Shown: positions 1 through 11,650, counted from the first letter of the whole stretch. The stretch: DNA of 63,847 nt, filler included, from Barthelona sp. PAP020 (GCA_040182905.1; 21 parts of 21 records of this genome joined end to end with filler, not necessarily neighbours in it), one strand, 5' to 3'. Notes: generated by a model from the sequence alone, not told the origin. Made by a program: numbers and translations.

Positions 1-94
1 CATGTAAAAAATAAAAAATATTTCTTTATCATCAATAAACTAAATAAACAAAAGGTTGAATATCTTCAACCAACAAATAACACCACTCAGACAT

Positions 95-2674
95 CTAATC
101 ATCATCATCAATACTCTCGTCACACTCATCATCTTTTTTATCAATGTACTGACGCATATTGCCACCATTCCTTTCATTGATGTCAACCAAGTCCCAACAC
201 ATGTTAAATGACAGATCAAAATCTCTTTGATTCATGTATACTCCAGCACTCACAAACTGTCTAATTATGGAACTCTTCACCTTCATCATGACAAGTGTGG
301 TCAAGAGATAGCCTTCATCCTTTACCAACTCAATTAATTCAGATTGAGACAAACGGCTAAAATTTAAATTGGTAACCTCACTCTTCAGCAACAAGTGTTC
401 TTCAAAAATAGAAATGTCCAAAATGCCAGTTTTTGAGTCCTTCCATGTTTTGGTAGATGTATACAATTGATTAAAAAATAACATCATACCTTTTCCATCA
501 TAGCTAATTTCATGACGGTTCAAAAATAGTTTGGCAATGGCAAAATGACCTTGCTTACAACAAATGTAGAATGGGGAAAATTCGTTATTCTTCCATAAAT
601 TAAGGTCGGAACCATATTCGAACAATTTTTTGACTATATCAAGATAACCTTTTTCACAACAGATATACAATGGAGAAGTACCATTTTTTAAGTGCAAATT
701 AACATCAGCACCATGATTCAAGAGTATTTTCACCAAATCAAGATGACCAAATTGACAACTAATAAATAATGGGGAAGCATTGCTGTTATTACACAAATTA
801 ACATCAGCCCCAGTATCCAAGAGCATCTTGACAACATCTAAATGACCTTCTTGACAACTGACATATAATGAAGAAGACCCGTTATTTTTACACAAATTAA
901 CATCAGCACCATAATCTAACAGCAGCTTGGCAACATCAAGATACCCTCTGTAACAACTGATGATCAATGGAGAAGAACCATGATTCTGGCATAAATTGAC
1001 ATTGGCACCACTTTTTAAAAGCACTTTAGCAACATCAAGACAACCTTTTTTACAACTGATGCTCAATGGAGACCATTTATCATTTTTACATAAATTAACA
1101 TCAGCACCATGATCCAAGAGCATTTTGACAAAATCTAAATTACATTTTTGACAACTGATATACAATGGAGAAACACCATCTTTGGTGCATAAATTGACAT
1201 CAGCTCCACTGTTCAACAACACTTTGGCGATATCAAGGTGACTTTCTTGACAACTGATGTATAATGGAGAACTCCCATTGCTGTCACACAAATTAACATT
1301 ATCCCCATATTCCAAGAGAATTTTGGCAACATTTATATGACCAAATTGACAACTGATGAATAAAGGTGAACACCTATTGCTATTACACAAATTAATATTG
1401 GCTCCATTATTTAAAAGCATTTTAGTAATATCAAGATGACCTTTTTGACAACTAATATGTAAAGGAGAACATTTTTTATCAGTACACGAATTAACTTTGG
1501 CTCCATGTCGCAAAAGAATTTTAGCAACATCAAGATGACCTTTTTGACAACTAATACCCAATGGAGACCATCCATTTTTCTTACACAAATTAACATTGGC
1601 ACCAAAATCCAATAAAAACTCCACAACTTCAATATTTCCACATAATGAAGCACCAAACAAGGCTGTTCTTCCTTCTTTACCTTGTTTGTTTACATCCACA
1701 CCAGCTTTGACACACTGCTTTACAAGATCTACATTTCCATCACACGCTGCACAATATATCTTCTTTGGACGACCATTTTTCTCAAACCCATCAACATCAA
1801 AGTCATTTGGAACAATTACCTGTTCCATATTATGCTTAATAAAAGGGTCAACATCATTAACAACAATAACTTCCACAAAACCAGTTTTTTCAATCATAAA
1901 ATCGGTAATTATTGCTAAATAATCTGCAATTTGCTCAAAAGATGGACGATTATCGGGGTTTTTATTTAAACACAACTTTAAAATGCCAAAACCAGGAACT
2001 GAATTAATCAAATCATTAGAGTATGGTGAGTTATCATGTAATTGTTTCTGTATTCTATCAATATTATCAATATCATCAAAGGGATGAATACTGGTCAATA
2101 TATAAAGGCTTATAACAGCAAATGCCCAAACATCCACAGCCTTGAGATTTGAAATGCCATTATCAACAAAAATTTCAGGAGGAACATATCTTATGTCGTT
2201 GGGTGTGGAAAACAAATTTGTTGAAAAAGTATTCGTATCTTTTAACGTTTTAAAACCACACAAAGAAGGAAAGAATTTCCCTTTCACATCCTTCAAAAGA
2301 ATATGATAGGGTTTCAAATTACCATGTATCATGTCACATTCATGACAATGATCGAGAATAGTAGCTACTCGTTTGAGTATCATGAGTTTGTCTATCAAAG
2401 AAAGATAGGGAATTTGTTGTTCAAGTGAAAAATAAACATTCAAGATACCAGTTTCGTTAGTCATAGATTGAATTTGTTTAAATGCAGGATTAAATGTGAC
2501 ATGGATACCCTTTTTAGTGATATTTGCGCACAATTCTAAATTACTAATTCGCTTTTTGCCTTTTGATCGCCAATTTGAGAGAAAAACTGTCTCAATTTCT
2601 TTTTCCTTTAAATAAATTATTTGCTTGATGTTTAAACAACCAGAGATAATTTTCATAGTGTAGTTAAATGGCAA
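95..2674 (-). CDS. Pseudokinase + long ankyrin-repeat array + C-terminal CWDLVD/NGGNM module
   Basis: Kinase C-lobe motifs (HGNLKPYHILL, YVPPE, DVWAF, RPSF) with degenerate HRD and DFG; about a dozen GxSPLxISCxxGHLDxxKxLLxxGADVN repeats; tail CWDLVDINERNGGNM. Start uncertain (TTG 2674, first ATG 2656). Confidence 0.9.
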   Translation of the reverse strand: MPFNYTMKIISGCLNIKQIIYLKEKEIETVFLSNWRSKGKKRISNLELCANITKKGIHVTFNPAFKQIQSMTNETGILNVYFSLEQQIPYLSLIDKLMILKRVATILDHCHECDMIHGNLKPYHILLKDVKGKFFPSLCGFKTLKDTNTFSTNLFSTPNDIRYVPPEIFVDNGISNLKAVDVWAFAVISLYILTSIHPFDDIDNIDRIQKQLHDNSPYSNDLINSVPGFGILKLCLNKNPDNRPSFEQIADYLAIITDFMIEKTGFVEVIVVNDVDPFIKHNMEQVIVPNDFDVDGFEKNGRPKKIYCAACDGNVDLVKQCVKAGVDVNKQGKEGRTALFGASLCGNIEVVEFLLDFGANVNLCKKNGWSPLGISCQKGHLDVAKILLRHGAKVNSCTDKKCSPLHISCQKGHLDITKMLLNNGANINLCNSNRCSPLFISCQFGHINVAKILLEYGDNVNLCDSNGSSPLYISCQESHLDIAKVLLNSGADVNLCTKDGVSPLYISCQKCNLDFVKMLLDHGADVNLCKNDKWSPLSISCKKGCLDVAKVLLKSGANVNLCQNHGSSPLIISCYRGYLDVAKLLLDYGADVNLCKNNGSSSLYVSCQEGHLDVVKMLLDTGADVNLCNNSNASPLFISCQFGHLDLVKILLNHGADVNLHLKNGTSPLYICCEKGYLDIVKKLFEYGSDLNLWKNNEFSPFYICCKQGHFAIAKLFLNRHEISYDGKGMMLFFNQLYTSTKTWKDSKTGILDISIFEEHLLLKSEVTNLNFSRLSQSELIELVKDEGYLLTTLVMMKVKSSIIRQFVSAGVYMNQRDFDLSFNMCWDLVDINERNGGNMRQYIDKKDDECDESIDDDD

Positions 2675-3002
2675 AAAATTGAAAATTAGTAAATCAAAAA
2701 ATGTTAGTCTTTTTAGTTCTCAAGGAGTTAAACATCAAATCCAAGCATAAATTGATCAAAATTGTATGAAATAACGCATAGAAGAGATATTTTTTTCTCT
2801 TGAATTCTAGTTAAAATTCTTTAGTTGCCATTTTCCAGTCAAGAAGAATTAATGTTTAAAGCATTTTTTAAGTTGTTATTCCGTTAAATATACCGTTTTA
2901 ATGAAAAAAATGAACAAAATTGATGAAAGTTAGGGATTTTTCAACTCCTTTTCTTTTGAAAGATCAAAGAAACATTTAATCTCTAATTAAAAAAAAAAAA
3001 AA

Positions 3003-3087
3003 ATGAGGGTTGTTCACAAGCCTATTATTTTTGGCGAATCGAAATTTTCCGATTCTTCCTTTTTCCCTCGAGGTACGGAACTTTTCC
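3003..3087 (+). repeat. Dispersed repeat family A, left end (cut by contig end)
   Basis: atgagggttgttcacaagcc...cgaatcgaaattttccgattcttcc...ggaacttttcc matches copies at 21528, 35899, 36301 and 61386; preceded by an A-tract. Confidence 0.9.
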
Positions 3088-3187
3088 NNNNNNNNNNNNN
3101 NNNNNNNNNNNNNNNNNNNNNNNNNNNNNNNTTAATTAATTAANNNNNNNNNNNNNNNNNNNNNNNNNNNNNNNNNNNNNNNNNNNN
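3088..3187. other. Artificial contig linker N44-TTAATTAATTAA-N44 (first of 20; others start at 6274, 9389, 12492, 15593, 18688, 21779, 24867, 27942, 30993, 34019, 37043, 40054, 43061, 46067, 49071, 52070, 55028, 57980, 60916)
   Basis: Identical 100-nt block with a six-frame stop core; contigs sorted by decreasing length; genes are cut at the linkers. Confidence 0.99.
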
Positions 3188-3285
3188 ATTGGATCATATT
3201 TAACAATCAGAAGTGCAAGAATAGAACCTAGAACAATGTTTATTTTGTCTTTTGGGTGAAATCCGTCCGCTTTGCTACGAACACA
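3188..3285 (+). repeat. Dispersed repeat family B, right-end fragment
   Basis: tgaaatccgtccgctttgctacgaacaca is identical to 63593-63621; the upstream part aligns with 63540-63590. Confidence 0.85.
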
Positions 3286-3387
3286 TATTATTCACTCGAC
3301 AAAATAATTCACGTTAGGTACATGAAAAGGTATACGAAAGCTTTTATATGCGGTTTGTTATTGAAATGGATAGTTGGGAAAGCCTTT

Positions 3388-3532
3388 TCACACGACAATA
3401 ATAATAAATGCTTATAAAGACCTTTATTGTTCTCGGTTAGAGTTTGGGGGTACTTGCAACTGAGTGTTTTTTTTGCGTGGATGGTTCAGAACACTCTTAA
3501 AAAAAAAAAGAAATACTTTAGGTGTGGATGGG
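3388..3532 (+). repeat. Dispersed repeat family B, left ~145 bp
   Basis: Near-identical to 63215-63353 (tcacacgacaataataa...gggggtacttgcaactgag...ggtgtggatggg). Confidence 0.92.
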
Positions 3533-4382
3533 ATGACTTTCTTTCCATCTGTAAAGAAAAGAACTTGAATTCGCACTAACTGGGCCAATGTAACAACAAA
3601 ACAGACAATGTAAAATAAAATAATTTCACTCCAAACTTTTGAAACATTTGAAAAGTGACAAGAAAAATCTATTCTTAACGACTTGCCAAATTTCCCTTCC
3701 ACTTTGATGGAGTTCTGGTTGTAAACTGATTCATTTACTAACGTACAAGTATTGAAACTTGTACGAGTTGGATATGTTCAGATGTTGAAAATTTCGCTCT
3801 ACAAGCTCAAAAGGTTGAAGAAAGAAATAACAAAAGAATTAAGTTGATCTTTAATTCTGCAAACATTTCAGTGAACAACTTTTTTCATGTTTAAAGCTGG
3901 ATATTTGACATTAATTGTACATCTTTGCCTTTTGAATGAAAGAGTTTCTTTTTGAGAATTTCCCATTTGGTGATTTCTTAAATGTTACAGACGGGTTTAA
4001 TCTTTAGTTTTCCGCAAAAAATTGATATTTTCAATAATTTATCATTAATCCCTTTTTGACAAATTGTCACCGAAGAGAATAATCATTATTTAGATAACTA
4101 ATGTGTTAAATAAGGATTTGTTTTTTTAAAAAAAGGGTGGTTGAATCCAAATTGAATAAAAAATACTTCTTGCATTTCTTAATGAAGGAGAAAGAAAAGT
4201 GTCTCATTTTGAGAATGAAAATAAAAGTAAGCAATCTCAGGGCACAAAGATTGTTTTTAATTCCTTTTTCATCCAATGATAATGTTTTAACTAAACTATT
4301 TATAGAAATACTTTGCAATAAATTTCAAAAAACAAGAAAAAGATTTTTATCATTTTGTTTCATTATTTGACAAATATATTTT

Positions 4383-6273
4383 ATGACAGAAACTCTTGAA
4401 TATGTTGATGATATTGAAGAAATTGAGAATTTAGATTCATCAACAGAATCTGAAGATGAGATAGAAGTTGTTGAAGAAGGTGTTTTGGATTGTATTTTTG
4501 AATTTGAGGGACATTCATCTATTCAATATCAATTTGATGTATCATTAAGTTATGATACTCATTTGAAATCTTTATTAGAATTGTTTGGAGAAGATATTTC
4601 AAGTTTTGATACCTATTCAATATATCATACAAATACTCAGTATCATTTAAATGATGAATATGGGTTTATGCGTCAATTACACAAAGATTTAGAAGATGTA
4701 AATTTCTTTGAATTGCGTGTACGTCCTGATATTGTGGCAGAAGATCTATTTAACAAATTGAATTCCAATGATCCAACAATCGTGAAAAGTACTGCTTTTA
4801 CTTTGAAGGATGTGTTGGATGATGATGCTTGGGTTGCTGAAGAATTTATTGCGTATGGTGGTGTTCAAACATTAATAGATTTGATTTCATCTACTTCTTC
4901 ACCAAACACACAGGCCTATTGTATAAATTCACTAAAATCAACTCTTTCTTATGAAAGTGGTTTGGCTTCCTTTCTCGAGAATGAGAGTTTGATCAATATT
5001 ATGTTGATTCTTGCAGTTAAGAAGGATACCCCTTTGAATGTACGTATCAGTGCATATGATATCCTTTTGGTTGCCTGTCTTATGGCTGAAAATGGTTTTA
5101 GTTTGATTCACAACGCAATTAAGGACCATGCTGCAAAGACTAATATGAAACCTTACGAACAGATCGTTGATGTTTTATCTGTTGAAACGAATGTTGATAT
5201 CAATGTATCTGTTTTGACACTATTAAACATGTTACTAAGCAGTTGCCCATCAGAACCGAAACGTTATTCTATATTAGCACGATTGGATACATTGCAATTG
5301 GCTGACATTTTAGAAACAAAGTTGTTTGGGCATAGTCAATGGAATTCTCAACTTACAAAATATATGCAAATTACTGGAAAAGTAATTCCTTATACTTTTA
5401 TGGAGAATCAATTTTTAAAGGATGAATTGGAAATTGTTTCTGAGGAAAACGCTGAACTTAAATCAAAATTGATCAAATTTGAACTTCAACAGCCTTTGGT
5501 ACAGTTATTAAAATCAGAGTTGGACAGATATCATCATTCTTTTACAAATGCTCAAAGAAGAGGATTATTAGTACCTTTGAGTGCTCCTAGAAAACGTTTG
5601 GATAGATCAGAAGATATCCCTTGGTTACAACCTATTCCTGACGATGTTACCGAGATAAAATATCCCCTCACAAAAGTTGATGTTTTAAGCGAGACAATTA
5701 ATGACGATCTCAGTTTGTTCAATGCAAATGCACGATGCATAAATTGTGGTAGTATTTGGGAGCCAATGACTGATGATGTTCAGAATCCTTTGGTGTCTGA
5801 TGATTGGTTGATGATGCAAGGAAGACCTATATATACCCCTGAAGATCTTAATATTTTCCCTGGAGACCCCGATTTCTATCATTATGATGATATTATGGAA
5901 CAAAAGAATATTTCAAAGAAAGAAAGAAGGAAGAGAAGAAAAAAGAATAAAAAAGCTTTGATGCCTCCAGCTAATGATATGTTTGCTTTACCTTCTGGGT
6001 TTTTACCTCCTGGTGTTGGCAATACTGGTGGTTTTGCACCACCAGGTTCTAACGATATGTTCTCTTTACCTTCGGGGTTTGCTCCACCAGGCTCAAGCAA
6101 TACAGTTACATTTGCTCCTCCCAATTCTAATGACATGTTTGCACTACCTAATACCGGAAATAATGAATTTTCAGTGCCAAATTCAAGTACAAATCAATAT
6201 CTTTCACAACCAAATGAACAAACAACAGGTTTTTCACCTCCATCTTTTGGTGTTCCTTCTGGACCACCTACTG
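4383..6273 (+). CDS. Formin-like protein, N-terminal part (FHOD/ELMO-type GBD/FH3 armadillo region, coiled coil, start of Pro-rich region); 3'-truncated
   Basis: VAEEFIAYGGVQTLIDLI...NTQAYCINSL and LTLLNMLL resemble FHOD GBD/FH3; followed by a coiled coil and PP-rich repeats; no FH2 domain before the contig end. Confidence 0.65.
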
Positions 6274-6374
6274 NNNNNNNNNNNNNNNNNNNNNNNNNNN
6301 NNNNNNNNNNNNNNNNNTTAATTAATTAANNNNNNNNNNNNNNNNNNNNNNNNNNNNNNNNNNNNNNNNNNNNT

Positions 6375-6587
6375 GTTGGGGAAGTTAAACAACATATTTT
6401 GAGAGATGAATTGACAAAGAAAAATATTCAATCTGAACCCACTGAAGGAAAATTAGTTATTCAAGGTGGTGTTGAAGTTCTCTTTTTAAAGAAGAATTCT
6501 AAAACGCTTATTAAATTACAAGGAACAATTGGCAAAAATTATTTTATTGTTAAGAATATTTTGAAAGATAAATTACAATGGATCTGA
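6375..6587 (+). CDS. CPSF2: CPSF100/CPSF2 C-terminal fragment (5'-truncated)
   Basis: VGEVKQHILRDELTKKNIQSEPTEGKLVI...IKLQGTIGKNYFIVKNIL fits the CPSF100 C-terminal pattern; the frame is open to the contig start. Confidence 0.65.
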   Translation, partial: VGEVKQHILRDELTKKNIQSEPTEGKLVIQGGVEVLFLKKNSKTLIKLQGTIGKNYFIVKNILKDKLQWI

Positions 6588-6759
6588 TTATTGTAAATTT
6601 GTGAAAACATTTGATGTTTTTTGTTTTTGTTTGAAAGATTTCATTCATTTATTTAACATTGAGTCGAATTTTAATTTGATAATATTTTTCTTTTTTTTTT
6701 GGTTCATTGCGGCAATTTTTTTTTTACCCAATCTTCTTTTTTTGATTATTTACCTAAAA

Positions 6760-7965
6760 ATGTTAACCGAGTCAAGAAAAGAAATCATTAGCAAAATTGT
6801 TTATTATATACTTTAAGTGATAATTGATGAAAAGGGAATGGAGGAAATTCGAGCGTTTCCTGGTCGTATGAATGATTGTAAATATTCAAAAAACAGTAAA
6901 TATTTGGTGATTTGTTCTAATTTTGGTAAAACTTATGTCATTAATGGACGAACTGGAGAATTGATTCGAACTTTGTGTAATCATGGATCAGATTGTGTTT
7001 ACTGTGCTAATTTTTCGGAAGATGAACAAATGTTAGCTACTTGTGGCATGGATGGATCCATTTTTATTTGTAGTCTTCCAGATTTCTCAATTTTAAGAGT
7101 TTTAACTAATGACACAATTCTTTATGGAATTTGTTTTTCCCATTGTTCTAATTATATATATTCTGGTGATTTGGATGGAAATCTCAAAAAGTGGTGCATA
7201 TGGGATGAGAGTACCATTTTGAAATCAAAACTTCATGGCAGTTGGATTTGGAAAGTAAAGGCTTTATCAAATGGCAAGCATATTCTAACTTGCAGTGGTG
7301 ATACAACTGCCAAGTTGGTTGACTCCAATAATTTTTCTGTTATTCATACATTTGAGCACAGTGAATATATCAGAGCCATTGACTTCCATTCAAAAAAAAG
7401 AATTATTGCTTGTGGTGATCAAGGATGGAAAGTCAAGCTGTGGAACATGGATGATGGGTCACCAATTCATACTTTTTCTATGGGTGGTGAAGTATATTCC
7501 CTACATTTTTTTTCCCTCAAAATCCTACTTGTTATGTCTGGTGATGGTTATATTACTTCATATGATATGGACAACTTTCAAGAAATTCAAAAGATTCAGT
7601 GTGGTTGTGATCCTTCTCATTTTTCCTTTGCAATATCACCTGACATTACACAGTTAATTTGTGGAAAGTGTACAGATGGTACAACCAAAAAATATCCAAT
7701 TTACTGTTCTTGGAGTTCTTCTTATCTAGCAAAATTTGTTAAATTATCGAGGAAAGAAGGTCATGTTATATCTGTTCTTATTGATATGAGTGTTAACAGT
7801 CAGTTTATTCGCCAATTGGTGAGTTCTGGGGTTTCAATGAATCAAAAAGAGTACAATATGATTATTGACACATGTTGGGATTTGGTACACATGAATGATA
7901 AAAATGGAGGAAATATGCACATGTTTACTGAAGATAGCAAGGATGAGAGTGACGATGATGATTGA
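6760..7965 (+). CDS. WD40 protein with C-terminal CWDLVD/NGGNM module; in-frame TAA at 6814-6816 after the likely start (possible pseudogene)
   Basis: About 7 WD40 repeats; tail CWDLVHMNDKNGGNM...DESDDDD. ATG 6760 gives MLTESRKEI, which resembles the paralog N-terminus MSVESSGEI and is in frame with ORF 6817. Confidence 0.85.
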
Positions 7966-8109
7966 CAAAAGTGAGTTTAGTCGATATGTTTGCGCGAACA
8001 ATTCAACCTTTTTGAATGAGAAAATCACTCTTGGAAATCAAATAATGTTTTCATGGCAAAAGAAAAAAAATCTTGAAAATTCTTTTATTTTCCTGAAAAA
8101 TCAAAATCA

Positions 8110-8985
8110 AAGCAACAAATGATCAAATCCAGTTTTAAACATTAAAGAACTTTCATGTTCTAATAAAGCATCAAAAGCAAAGTTTTCTCGTTCTAATCTT
8201 TGAATATCATCGAATAATGTGGAAACTGAATCATTTAGTTGCTTTTCTTCTTCAACAAAGGGAAGAAGTTTTTAAATAAAAGACTCTGCTTCAATTTTTT
8301 CTTTTTGTTTCAATAACAACAAAGCAGTGTTCAACTTTGATAACTCCATTTTTCAAGAACTGTTGATTCTGAAATTCTGTTCCATCATTGTTTCTAATTC
8401 AATATTAACCAATTCTTTGGCGGATTTGATGTAATCAGTTTATATTTTTACTGTTTGTTTATAAATGTGGTCTAACATTCTTAAATCTGAGCTCTTTTTC
8501 AAATTTTTAAGTTTTGCAAAATTAATTTCAGAATCTTGGGATATATATCTAAATTATCCACAGCAAACTCCTTATTACTTATTACTAACCAATTCACCAT
8601 TTTCTGAATTCATAAAAACTTTTCACGAAAACGACCATTATCTTTTGCTTGAAATATGATTTGTCTTTTCGTTATTTTGCTCCAAATATCCTTTAACAAG
8701 AGTTAATATCTGGAATGACAAATATTAACTGGTCTAGCTAAAACAGAAGTTATTAAATGCCAAGCATTTGGTAAAACTTTCACCAAATGAATTAATTTTT
8801 CATCTTCTTCAATTGTCTTTTTGAATAGTTGGATCAAGATATTCAGTAAATCTAGCTTGACATTCTTTACTTGTTTTATTCGAAAGAAAGGGGGATATTC
8901 TACCCCAATTAAACATTCCATATCGTAATACAACTGCTTTAATAATTTCTTTTGCTTCAATTGTTCATATTAGTCTCCATCACCA
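8110..8985 (-). pseudogene. Probable decayed helical-protein gene
   Basis: Long coding-like stretches on the minus strand (e.g. KELVNIELETMMEQ, LLPFVEEEKQLNDSVSTLFDDIQRLERENF) broken by isolated stops and frameshifts. Confidence 0.35.
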
Positions 8986-9057
8986 TCCTTTTGTGACAAA
9001 TACCAAACAAAAAAACATCAAAATTTGTGAACAAAAAATGTGTCATGTGCATTTATA

Positions 9058-9387
9058 TTAAATAAATTCTTTTTCTTTAATTTTTTCAGAAGTCCTAATT
9101 GAAATTTTTTCAACTTTTTCTTTAACATTTGTGACTAATTCAGGTTCTGGTTTCACTTGTTCTTTTGTTTGTTTTCTGTTATAAATTTCCAATTCACGAG
9201 TTTCTCCTTCTCTGATTCTTTGACGATGATAATCTTTCTCTCTTTCTAAACGAATTTCTTCCAATCTATCCATAGAGCTGATAACATCTTTGTAAAGTTC
9301 ACGATTATATCTTAAAGGTTCATTTCTGCGTTTTTCAAATTCATAAACTTTATCACTAACAAGATCTTTACCTCTAGTTTTTCTGTA
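9058..9387 (-). CDS. RLP24: Ribosome biogenesis protein RLP24/RSL24D1, C-terminal part (5'-truncated)
   Basis: YRKTRGKDLVSDKVYEFEKRRNEPLRYNRELY...MDRLEEIR matches the RLP24 signature. Confidence 0.9.
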   Translation of the reverse strand, partial: YRKTRGKDLVSDKVYEFEKRRNEPLRYNRELYKDVISSMDRLEEIRLEREKDYHRQRIREGETRELEIYNRKQTKEQVKPEPELVTNVKEKVEKISIRTSEKIKEKEFI

Positions 9388-9489
9388 GNNNNNNNNNNNN
9401 NNNNNNNNNNNNNNNNNNNNNNNNNNNNNNNNTTAATTAATTAANNNNNNNNNNNNNNNNNNNNNNNNNNNNNNNNNNNNNNNNNNNNC

Positions 9490-10794
9490 GAAAAATCCAC
9501 TGAAATTTCCGAGGAAATATACTTAATAGTTTGGATTTTGAACAATTTATGTGGTGGTTCTTCATATATTACTCAATTTTGTATGTCTCATGGGATTATT
9601 GATATGTTAATGAGGTTGTTGATAGAAAATGAAGAGCCCAAGATTAAATGGCAGGCTATTTGGTGTCTCGGAAACATAATGTCGCACGATATTCAATCAA
9701 GAGATCGGGTTTTGGTATATAAACCTCTTTCACATGTATGTCAGTTTATTGAAAATTTAAATGAGGTGATGACAGAATTAGATTATGATGAAGAGTCAAA
9801 TGATGCTGCTTTGAAGGATTTAACGCAAATGATTGAAACTTCGATTTGGACAATATACACCGTCTTTCTTCATACACCATATCCCTTAAACCAACTCTCA
9901 ATCATCTCTGAAACATTATTAACAATGACTTCTGCCGAAGAAGTAAGTATTCTGAAGGTCACTTTGAAGTGTCTTAGAAATATCTTTCGAGCCAATGAAT
10001 TAGTACATTCAGATAACATAGATAGTATTTTGCCTGCAGATATGATTGTAGAGTCTGTGTTTTCATTATTGGAGGAAAATTTTTTTTCAAACAATACCGA
10101 TTTGATTTCTTCGTGTTTAGCTGTATTAGGAAACATGGCTCATTATCGAGAGTTTAATGAAATTTTTTATGAGCATACACCGCTTGATATTTTCAAGTCC
10201 CTCATTCTTGAGGGAACTGTAAAGTGTCAATATGGCTGCACCTGGGTTTTGTCCAACTATTGTTTATTTTCATCCAAACATGTTGAGGCTTTTATTGAGT
10301 CAGGAATAGCCAACGATATCATACAGTTGCTGTCATGTGAAGTAAGCGATATCCGAACCGAATCAATATGGTGCATCTGTAATGCAATGTATTCGAGTTC
10401 AAACGAACAAATACATTGGTTTGTTGAAAATGGTGTTATCTCTCCATTGGTAAGCCTTTTATCGGTACAAAATTCCCAAATCATTTTATTAATTGTTGAA
10501 GCTTTTAAGAGAATTCTTGAGACTTCTCCCGATTATGAAGATAGTGGGGAAAAACTATATAAATTGTTCATTCTGAAATGTAACGGTTATGAATATTTGA
10601 TCAATTTGTTAGAACATAGTGATAAAGCTGTTCGACAGAGCATTGAAAGTCTGTTGACTGAATTCTTTGTTGAAAGTGAAGATTTGGATGGGATAAGCGT
10701 TGATCCTGATTTGGATGTGGTAGAGGAAGATGAATGGGATGAGAACATTGATGAAGATGAGACGTTTGACACATCTTCAGGACTCTTCACTTGA
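9490..10794 (+). CDS. Importin-alpha-like ARM-repeat protein (5'-truncated)
   Basis: WQAIWCLGNI, WVLSN, ESIWCICN and QIHWFVENGVISPLVSLL are importin-alpha W-x3-N ARM motifs; the frame is open to the contig start. Confidence 0.85.
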   Translation, partial: EKSTEISEEIYLIVWILNNLCGGSSYITQFCMSHGIIDMLMRLLIENEEPKIKWQAIWCLGNIMSHDIQSRDRVLVYKPLSHVCQFIENLNEVMTELDYDEESNDAALKDLTQMIETSIWTIYTVFLHTPYPLNQLSIISETLLTMTSAEEVSILKVTLKCLRNIFRANELVHSDNIDSILPADMIVESVFSLLEENFFSNNTDLISSCLAVLGNMAHYREFNEIFYEHTPLDIFKSLILEGTVKCQYGCTWVLSNYCLFSSKHVEAFIESGIANDIIQLLSCEVSDIRTESIWCICNAMYSSSNEQIHWFVENGVISPLVSLLSVQNSQIILLIVEAFKRILETSPDYEDSGEKLYKLFILKCNGYEYLINLLEHSDKAVRQSIESLLTEFFVESEDLDGISVDPDLDVVEEDEWDENIDEDETFDTSSGLFT

Positions 10795-11038
10795 TTATGT
10801 TATTTTGACGAATAACCAAAAGTTAAATCAAAAAATTATTGGAGTAATATTTAAGTTTGCGATGATTCGTTGTCAATTTTTCACTTAAATTGTCAAATGA
10901 ACGTTTTTCTCAATTGCTATAAATTTGCCTGCATTTTTTCATTTCACATTTGAATCTTAGTTTTGACAGTTTCCTCATTCATTCTTTCTTATTCATTAAA
11001 AAACTAAAGGTCAAACAAAAAAAAAAGGAAATAAAGTT

Positions 11039-11650
11039 TTACTCAAAATTCAAACCACAACTGCATCGAGGGCATACAATATTTCGAATCTCCAAAAACT
11101 TACAATAGGCATGTATAGGCATTCCACAATTACCACAATGTGTCGGTTTTAACATTAACTCAGAACACTTTGAACACAAATAAATTTCAGGATCAACAAT
11201 GTGCTTGGCATAAACACTACCTCTAACACCGATTGAAATTCTATCATTTGATACGTATTCTAAATATTTTTGCGCCACTAGTTCCTTTATAATTGCAGAC
11301 ACTTTAGAAATTGGAAAATATTTTTCAGAAGTCAATTCAAAAACTTCCTTTTGAGACAAACCATCACATTTTTTATTTTCCAATATTTCAAAAACAATTC
11401 TACTTAAACCAGAACTGATAGTTTGATTTTTCACATTGAACATATCAACAAGCTCATTTTTCAGTGGTATTAGTATTAAATAAAATTCGTTATAGTGCAA
11501 ACAATGCGCCAACTGAACATTACAATCCATAAATAACAAGCTATCATTAATGTCATGTAAACTATTTTCTATCTCTTCTTTTTCCTCCTTCAATACCAAT
11601 CTATATCCATAAGTTAATAATTGTTGACAGCATTCAGATATATCAAACAT
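11039..11650 (-). CDS. NSE1: SMC5/6 subunit Nse1-like (winged helix + RING-like domain)
   Basis: IKELVAQKYL...ISIGVRG followed by CxxC...CxxC...HxxC...CPxC, the Nse1 architecture. Confidence 0.75.
   Translation of the reverse strand: MFDISECCQQLLTYGYRLVLKEEKEEIENSLHDINDSLLFMDCNVQLAHCLHYNEFYLILIPLKNELVDMFNVKNQTISSGLSRIVFEILENKKCDGLSQKEVFELTSEKYFPISKVSAIIKELVAQKYLEYVSNDRISIGVRGSVYAKHIVDPEIYLCSKCSELMLKPTHCGNCGMPIHAYCKFLEIRNIVCPRCSCGLNFE

Noticed and set aside
3424..3966. Gene starting MGNSQK at 3966 on the minus strand and disrupted by a family B insertion
   Set aside because: Only short broken frames with no recognisable homology; ORF 3424-3702 runs into the repeat itself.
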